From assembly GCA_038997165.1 (NCBI GenBank), contig JAWBAK010000001.1:1-64000 (forward strand): DNA of 64,000 nt, in the 5' to 3' direction. The notes beneath the pieces are model-generated. The model was not told the origin of the DNA. It was given only the letters and a program-made list of their open reading frames with translations, and did not search any database. Position numbers and translations under genes: made by a program. Each line of letters opens with the position of its first letter. Position 1 is the first letter of the stretch. Shown one piece after another: positions 58,060-64,000 of the stretch. The DNA is from Candidatus Aenigmatarchaeota archaeon. Its GTDB lineage: Archaea; Aenigmatarchaeota; Aenigmatarchaeia; CG10238-14; SpSt-28.

Positions 58060-61000
58060 ATGTTATTTAACATAAAAGTAAAGCTACAAACAGCAAGTAT
58101 TTTTAGTATAGCTCTATTTCTACTATCTATTTTAGGATATTTAAATTATACTGGATTCTTTGTATTAGAAAATGATATAAACATTTCTGCAGAAATTACA
58201 AATAATTGTGCTGGGGAAGAAAGTACTATAAGAATTTTGTTTGAAAAAGAAATAAATGAAGTAGAAATAAGTTTTTTAAATTTTACAGAGATTTGTTATA
58301 ATTGCAAATATTTTGAGAAAAATATTTTATTACCTGAAGATGAAAAAATAGAAATTAAAGTAAAGTATGAAAATAATGAAAAGTTTTTTGAATTTCCGAT
58401 TTATAAAAAAGAGTTTAGCTTTGAAGTTAATGTTTCAGAAAATATTTTAAAAGTTTTTGGAGAGGCAAAATGCTATAATAGCTTAAATTTAAAAATATAT
58501 TTTGAAAATGAAACAATAAAAGAAAATTATTTAGAAGTTAAAGATGGAAAGTTTTATTTTGAAACTTATTTAGAAAAGGCTGGAAAGTATAATATCGAAA
58601 TTGAAAACATTTCTAAGGAAATTGAATTAAAGCCAAAAATAAAAATAGAAAAAATAGAATTTCCGCAAGAAATTTTTGAGGATTTTGAAATAAAAGTTTA
58701 TGTTAAAGCTTTGTATGGAAATATTTTAAATGCAAGCATTACTCTAAAAAATGTAGAAGAGAATTTTATTTTTAGCGAACCATTGCAAAAAGTTATAGAA
58801 GAGATTAATGAAAATGAGTTCGCAATAATTTCTTGGAATTTAAAAGCTAAAAATTGTGGAAATTATAGCTTAGAGGTTTTTGCTGAAAGTTCTGAAAGTT
58901 ATGATTATAAAAAGATTGATTTGCTAGTTAAATGTTTGGAAAATATTACAAAACAAAATATTAATCTAAATGCTTTTCTCCTTATAGAAAATGTTACTAA
59001 AGGAAAAAAGGAGTTTAAGTTAATTAAAATTTTTGGAAATGTAAGCTTAGATGAAAAGTTGATTACTTCAAATGTAAATGTTAAAATAAAAGATCCAAAA
59101 GGAAATGTTATTTTTGAAAATAAAAGCTATAGCGAAAGTTTTGAGTTTGTTTTTGAATTTTTGCCAAAAATTTTTGGAAAATACTATGCAGAAATTTATG
59201 CTGAAAATGAATATGGAAATATTAGTAAAACTTTGAGTTTTGAAATTACTGGAGAAATTAAAGCTAAATTAAAAATTAAAAAGGAAAAATTCAATTATAA
59301 TTTAGGGGAAAAAGCTACATTTGAAATAGAATTTGAAGAAGAATTAAGTGAAAATATTAAAATAAAAGCTTATTTAGTAGATGCAGAAGGGAATGAAAAA
59401 GAGGTTGAAATTTATGAAAAAGATGGTAAATATTTTGTTGATTTAGATTTTGGAAGAAGTTTTAGGCCAGGTTTGTATAAGTTGAAAGTCAAAACAATTG
59501 AAGAAAAGTTTGTAGAAAAAGGTAAAGGTTTGTTTAAAATTTTAGAAAAGCAAGAAGAAATATTAAGCGAAGAAGAAGTTGAATTTGGGGTTGGATTAGT
59601 TGTTGTTAACACGCCAAAATCAATTTACTTAGTTAATGAAACGGCCAGAATTATAATTGGTGTTGTAAATGAAGTTGGAAAAAGAGTTACTGATGCCAAG
59701 ATTGATATATTAATTCGTTCTCCTTCTGAAAAAATTTATAGATTTTCAACCTCTACAAACTCTGTAATTAATAATGAAGATGGAACTTATGAAGCTTATT
59801 TAAAAGATTTAGATGAAGTTGGTAATTATACTATTTTTGTAGTTGTTAACGCTGATAATTTTATTGTTAATCAAAGTTCTTTTTTTGAAGTTAGAAACTT
59901 TGTTGAAATTGATGTAGAAAGAGAAATGCCAACATTAAGTGATATAGCATCAATATTTGAAGTTAAACTTAAGATTATTCCAAAAATTAACATTTCAAAC
60001 GTTTCAGTAATAGAAACAGTCCCAAAAGGCTTTCCACATATTACAGCTAAAAATGCAAAAATAGAATCTGGAGAAAAAGAATATAAAATTGTTTGGAATT
60101 TCGATAAATTAATTGCAAATGAAAAAATAGAGTTAATATATTCTGTGGAAAATTATTTTGAATCTCCAATAATATTTGAGTTTGGACCACTAATAATAAA
60201 TTCTTCAGAGAGTAATTTTGTTGAGCTAAAAGAATGGAGTTTAATAGTTACTGATGTTATTTATTACGCAATTTTCTGGGAATTTTATAGAGGTTCAGAA
60301 GCTGCACATCATATGGCTTTGTGTAGAGGAATGAATTATACTATAAGATTTTCTATTGTTGATACCGCAATGGACGAAGATATGGCAGCTGATCAACTAG
60401 GATATTTAAGGATAAAATTAGAAAGTGAAGGTAGCTTTCAAACATTACCATACAAAGGCTTTATCTCTCAAAATCCACAAACAGTTGAAGGAACAAAAAA
60501 TGATGCAAATACTTGTTCAGCAACAGGTGGTACTGATCCTTGTGTTTATAACTTGGTATGGCATCTAAATATATCTAAAGACGCACCAGTTGGATTGCAC
60601 ATGCTACAATTGTATTTGTCTTCTACACCGCAGGCACCAAGATATTTAACTGATAGAATTAACATCTATGTAACAGATTGCGATCCTATAGGTTTAGTAA
60701 GAGATGCATTAATTTTAGGTCCACAAGATAGTGTTGAAGTTAATCAAAAAGCTCCAAACTTTTATTCCTATAGAGTTATTGCTGGAAGTTTAGCTAGATT
60801 TGTTTTACCTTTAAAAAATTATGGCTCAGAAACTGTAAATGCCAATGTATCAATAAGAATACTAAGTGGGGAAAATGAAGTTAATTGGTACTTTCCTGAA
60901 GGAAATACACAATCAATAACTCTCTCGCCCAATGAAGAAAAAATTGTTGTATGGAAAACTTGGGTTCCAGATGATGCAAGCGGAACTTATACAGCTTTAT

Positions 61001-64000
61001 TTACTATTCAAGCGAAAGATAAAACCATAACAATAAAAAGAGATTTCAATGTCTATACTTTTCCTATTGTTATTTATCAAGCATCACCAGATTGGATTAT
61101 AGCTAGAAGAGGAGGTATAAAATATAGAACTGTTTCTATTTGCAATTATGGTGATTATAACCTTACAGCTAACATTACTGAAATTAATTCTATGCAAGGA
61201 GGTACTTCAGTAACTGTCTCTCCTAGCGCAAATATTTCTACTGCTACTAGAATAGAGTGGTGGCAAAGAAGTATACCAACGTCTCGATGTTTTATATATA
61301 ATGTAACTTATAGAAACCCTAGCACCACTGAGATAGATCCAGGTTACGAGGAGTTTGTTGTTATGGTTACCTATTTTAATCCTTCTAACAATTTAATCGA
61401 AACTCTATCAGATATTTTTTCAACAATTCAAATAGACGCTAATGATAAACCGCTACTTAATGTAAGATTATTTCCAACTCTTATAATCGCCAATGATACT
61501 CAAGTCTCACTAGTTATTAGTAATAATGGAAGAAATGTTGGCATTAATATTGGCCAAATAAGACTTTATATACCAGCAGGATTTATACCTTATCAATTCT
61601 CTTTAACCCCAGATCAAGGATATCCAATTGGATCTGCTGAAGAAGGTTGGATTGTAACATGGACTCCCTATTCAACAAACAGCTATCTTTATTCTATAGA
61701 TGCTACAAGTTCAGTAACTTTAACTTTTAGAGTTAATGTATCTGACATTAGAAATTTTTCACCTGGAGGTAAAATTTTTACTGTCACTATATCTGGATAT
61801 CCAACTGCTACAAATACTGGCACCCTTAGAATGCTTCATTTTCCAACAGCAAAATTTGCAGTTGTAAGAGAAGGTCCTCTTTTAAAAACAGTAAGATATT
61901 ACAACACTACTCCAACAGATGAACAACTAAATTTCCCATTATTTTTTGCTTGTGGTAATTTTTCAACTAAGTTACAAGTTTTTAATAAAGGTAATTTACC
62001 TGCTTATAACTTTAGAATAAATGAAACAAAAAGTGATATACTTAAAACTCATCCTGGAGATTTAATTTTCTACGGTTTTAATCCTTCTAATCCTTATTTA
62101 GAACAATCAAAACTAATTAGCTGGGATGGAGGAATAAATTTCATAGCTACAGGTAAAGATAATGCAATAAACTTTACTTATTCAATTTTTGTACCATATC
62201 AAACTAATGGTACTTTTAGTTTTCAAGCCTTAGCACTTAATAATACCTTTAGCTTTTTCGACGAAGAATATATAATTTCAATTTCTTGTGGAGCTTCTTT
62301 AAGCATAGACCAAATTAGAATAAGAAAAGGAGAATATCCAGAACCAACTATATATGTTAACGATATTTTTAACATTTCGGCAAACATTTATAATGATGGT
62401 CCAGGAAATGCAAGTAATGTAATAGTTTGGATTAATTATACAAATGTAACTCAAATAAGAGGATTAGAAAATTTAAAAATTTATAATTCTAATGGAGAAG
62501 AAAGCAATATTATTTATTTAGGAAATATTTTACCAAAGGAAACAAAAATTGCCTTTAATGACTATTATTTTACAGTAAATACTTCAGGAGTTTCTCCAGG
62601 AATAATAAGATTTTGTATTAATGCAAACGCTACTGAAAATTCTACAATAGTTTCTTCTTGCAGAGATATTACAATAAATGCTCCACCAGCATTAATTGAA
62701 TTAGAAAATCCCATTGCTATTTCAAAAGAAACAGGCTCATCTTTTGGCTCTTGGAGCTTTAATTTTACTTTTAACGTTTCTGTAAGAGTTTCGAATTCAG
62801 AAAATGATGTTCAAATATGTGCATGGTTTAGCAAAACTGGAATGGAACCATTTAAACTAATTGGTTGTGATATTTATCCTGCTCCAGGAAATAATATCGG
62901 AAGTTGGAGAAATTATTCTTTTGAATATTCTCCAAGCTGTGAAGATATTGGTAATCCTGTATTTATTAAGTTTAATGCAACAAACTTTGCAGGATCTTCT
63001 AATTCTACAACATTACCATTTACTATCACTAAAAGTAAAATAGTATTCGATGAAATTTTAGGAAATAATACAGAAACTAGAAGAGGGAAAATGCCTACAA
63101 TTCTTGGTGTTAGAGTAAAAGATATAAATGGAACTTATATTTCTAACTTACCATTAAGATTTTACGTAAGTTTAAACGAAATTGTTTTTGATGCAGGTAA
63201 TACAGTTTATACAAATGAAAGTGGTTATGCAAACTATAACTTTTTAGCAGTTTGTACTCCAAAATACTTAGTTGGATATCAAAAATGGAAAGCTGAATTA
63301 AAAGATAACGAATGTTATTTTGATAATTCTACAGAAAATTATTTCGATTTAAGAGTTTTAGTAACTGGAGATATTTTACTATATATAGTTAGGCCAGATG
63401 GTAGTACAAACTATACTCAAGAAGATACTATTACATTCTTAGGTTATGTAACAGATGATTGTGGAGATCCTTTAACGGCAAGCGTTATATTTTTTGCAAA
63501 TCATAGCATAGAAAGCTTTGAATGTTCAGATGTAACTCAAGTAGGTTCTAATGCATATACTTGCGATTGGCATACAGAAATTACTACACCAATGGGTTGG
63601 TATAATGTTTCTATGTATGTAGAAAAAGAGTTTCATTATTCGAATTGGAGTATAAAAGCTAAAGATCCAGGACTATTCTATTTAGAACCTATTTATAAAT
63701 TAGAAGATCCACAAGCATATCCAATAAGAGAAGGATGGGGATATAAAAACTGGAATTTTAGTGTATTTGCATCTAGTGGAGATAGTGAAAATGAGTTTGA
63801 CGTAAATATATATTTAGGAGATTTGTGGCCACCAGCAAAGCCTTGTGAAGAGTGTATAAATATTACTCCAAAAACATGCTTTAATTGTTATAAGCAATTG
63901 GTTGTATTTTTAAGAAATTTCACTGCATATGAAATAGGTACTTGGTACTATAGATTTTCCTTAGGACCAACATCAACTACTCAAGTTAAATATGTAATAG
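58060..64000 (+). CDS. giant surface protein, >1980 aa, runs off the window
   Basis: Frame +1 from ATG 58060 (MLFNIKVKLQ...LNYTGFFVLE) appears open to the end; N-terminal TM, Ig/CARDB-like modules, many sequons; not in the ORF track. Confidence 0.88.
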   Translation, partial: MLFNIKVKLQTASIFSIALFLLSILGYLNYTGFFVLENDINISAEITNNCAGEESTIRILFEKEINEVEISFLNFTEICYNCKYFEKNILLPEDEKIEIKVKYENNEKFFEFPIYKKEFSFEVNVSENILKVFGEAKCYNSLNLKIYFENETIKENYLEVKDGKFYFETYLEKAGKYNIEIENISKEIELKPKIKIEKIEFPQEIFEDFEIKVYVKALYGNILNASITLKNVEENFIFSEPLQKVIEEINENEFAIISWNLKAKNCGNYSLEVFAESSESYDYKKIDLLVKCLENITKQNINLNAFLLIENVTKGKKEFKLIKIFGNVSLDEKLITSNVNVKIKDPKGNVIFENKSYSESFEFVFEFLPKIFGKYYAEIYAENEYGNISKTLSFEITGEIKAKLKIKKEKFNYNLGEKATFEIEFEEELSENIKIKAYLVDAEGNEKEVEIYEKDGKYFVDLDFGRSFRPGLYKLKVKTIEEKFVEKGKGLFKILEKQEEILSEEEVEFGVGLVVVNTPKSIYLVNETARIIIGVVNEVGKRVTDAKIDILIRSPSEKIYRFSTSTNSVINNEDGTYEAYLKDLDEVGNYTIFVVVNADNFIVNQSSFFEVRNFVEIDVEREMPTLSDIASIFEVKLKIIPKINISNVSVIETVPKGFPHITAKNAKIESGEKEYKIVWNFDKLIANEKIELIYSVENYFESPIIFEFGPLIINSSESNFVELKEWSLIVTDVIYYAIFWEFYRGSEAAHHMALCRGMNYTIRFSIVDTAMDEDMAADQLGYLRIKLESEGSFQTLPYKGFISQNPQTVEGTKNDANTCSATGGTDPCVYNLVWHLNISKDAPVGLHMLQLYLSSTPQAPRYLTDRINIYVTDCDPIGLVRDALILGPQDSVEVNQKAPNFYSYRVIAGSLARFVLPLKNYGSETVNANVSIRILSGENEVNWYFPEGNTQSITLSPNEEKIVVWKTWVPDDASGTYTALFTIQAKDKTITIKRDFNVYTFPIVIYQASPDWIIARRGGIKYRTVSICNYGDYNLTANITEINSMQGGTSVTVSPSANISTATRIEWWQRSIPTSRCFIYNVTYRNPSTTEIDPGYEEFVVMVTYFNPSNNLIETLSDIFSTIQIDANDKPLLNVRLFPTLIIANDTQVSLVISNNGRNVGINIGQIRLYIPAGFIPYQFSLTPDQGYPIGSAEEGWIVTWTPYSTNSYLYSIDATSSVTLTFRVNVSDIRNFSPGGKIFTVTISGYPTATNTGTLRMLHFPTAKFAVVREGPLLKTVRYYNTTPTDEQLNFPLFFACGNFSTKLQVFNKGNLPAYNFRINETKSDILKTHPGDLIFYGFNPSNPYLEQSKLISWDGGINFIATGKDNAINFTYSIFVPYQTNGTFSFQALALNNTFSFFDEEYIISISCGASLSIDQIRIRKGEYPEPTIYVNDIFNISANIYNDGPGNASNVIVWINYTNVTQIRGLENLKIYNSNGEESNIIYLGNILPKETKIAFNDYYFTVNTSGVSPGIIRFCINANATENSTIVSSCRDITINAPPALIELENPIAISKETGSSFGSWSFNFTFNVSVRVSNSENDVQICAWFSKTGMEPFKLIGCDIYPAPGNNIGSWRNYSFEYSPSCEDIGNPVFIKFNATNFAGSSNSTTLPFTITKSKIVFDEILGNNTETRRGKMPTILGVRVKDINGTYISNLPLRFYVSLNEIVFDAGNTVYTNESGYANYNFLAVCTPKYLVGYQKWKAELKDNECYFDNSTENYFDLRVLVTGDILLYIVRPDGSTNYTQEDTITFLGYVTDDCGDPLTASVIFFANHSIESFECSDVTQVGSNAYTCDWHTEITTPMGWYNVSMYVEKEFHYSNWSIKAKDPGLFYLEPIYKLEDPQAYPIREGWGYKNWNFSVFASSGDSENEFDVNIYLGDLWPPAKPCEECINITPKTCFNCYKQLVVFLRNFTAYEIGTWYYRFSLGPTSTTQVKYVI

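Noticed and set aside
781..63043. Short antisense or off-frame ORFs in the track (e.g. 781, 1183, 8158, 9381, 12384, 13982, 15018, 16179, 29983, 35891, 45023, 59412, 62861)
   Set aside because: They lie inside well-supported genes and have shadow-ORF composition
1..64000. CRISPR array, rRNA, split or intron-containing tRNAs, inteins, intact integrase or transposase
   Set aside because: None seen; the GC-rich islands are explained by four tRNAs and rnpB

Overview
Very AT-rich, gene-dense archaeal chromosome segment. Gene content and compaction point to a DPANN archaeon, possibly Aenigmarchaeota-like (inference). It carries scattered housekeeping genes: trpS, class II lysS, serS, gltX, gatDE, rtcB with archease, rps17e/24e/27ae, rpl2, rpl40e, rpo7, spt4, EF-1beta, rpp21, dcd, dut, nth, trxB. 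It also has four intron-less tRNAs (Phe-GAA, Glu-CTC, Arg-CCT, Thr-CGT) and a short RNase P RNA. The last ~26 kb is largely a surface/attachment region: a 1902-aa surface protein, two convergent KaiC-like ATPases, a PRC-barrel/PqqD/KaiC operon, a type IV pilus locus, and a >1980-aa giant ORF missing from the ORF track. Most notable observations: (1) a conserved 40-bp sequence starting exactly at the 3' end of two different tRNA genes, probably relics of one tRNA-targeting element family; (2) a minimal type-M-like RNase P RNA; (3) a Pelota homologue lacking its middle domain; (4) a PqqD/RRE gene coupled to PRC-barrel and KaiC genes; (5) pilins with non-canonical cleavage sites; (6) an unannotated 24-aa Lys-rich peptide. 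No CRISPR array, rRNA or intact mobile element was seen. All calls are from motif recognition by eye; no searches were run.
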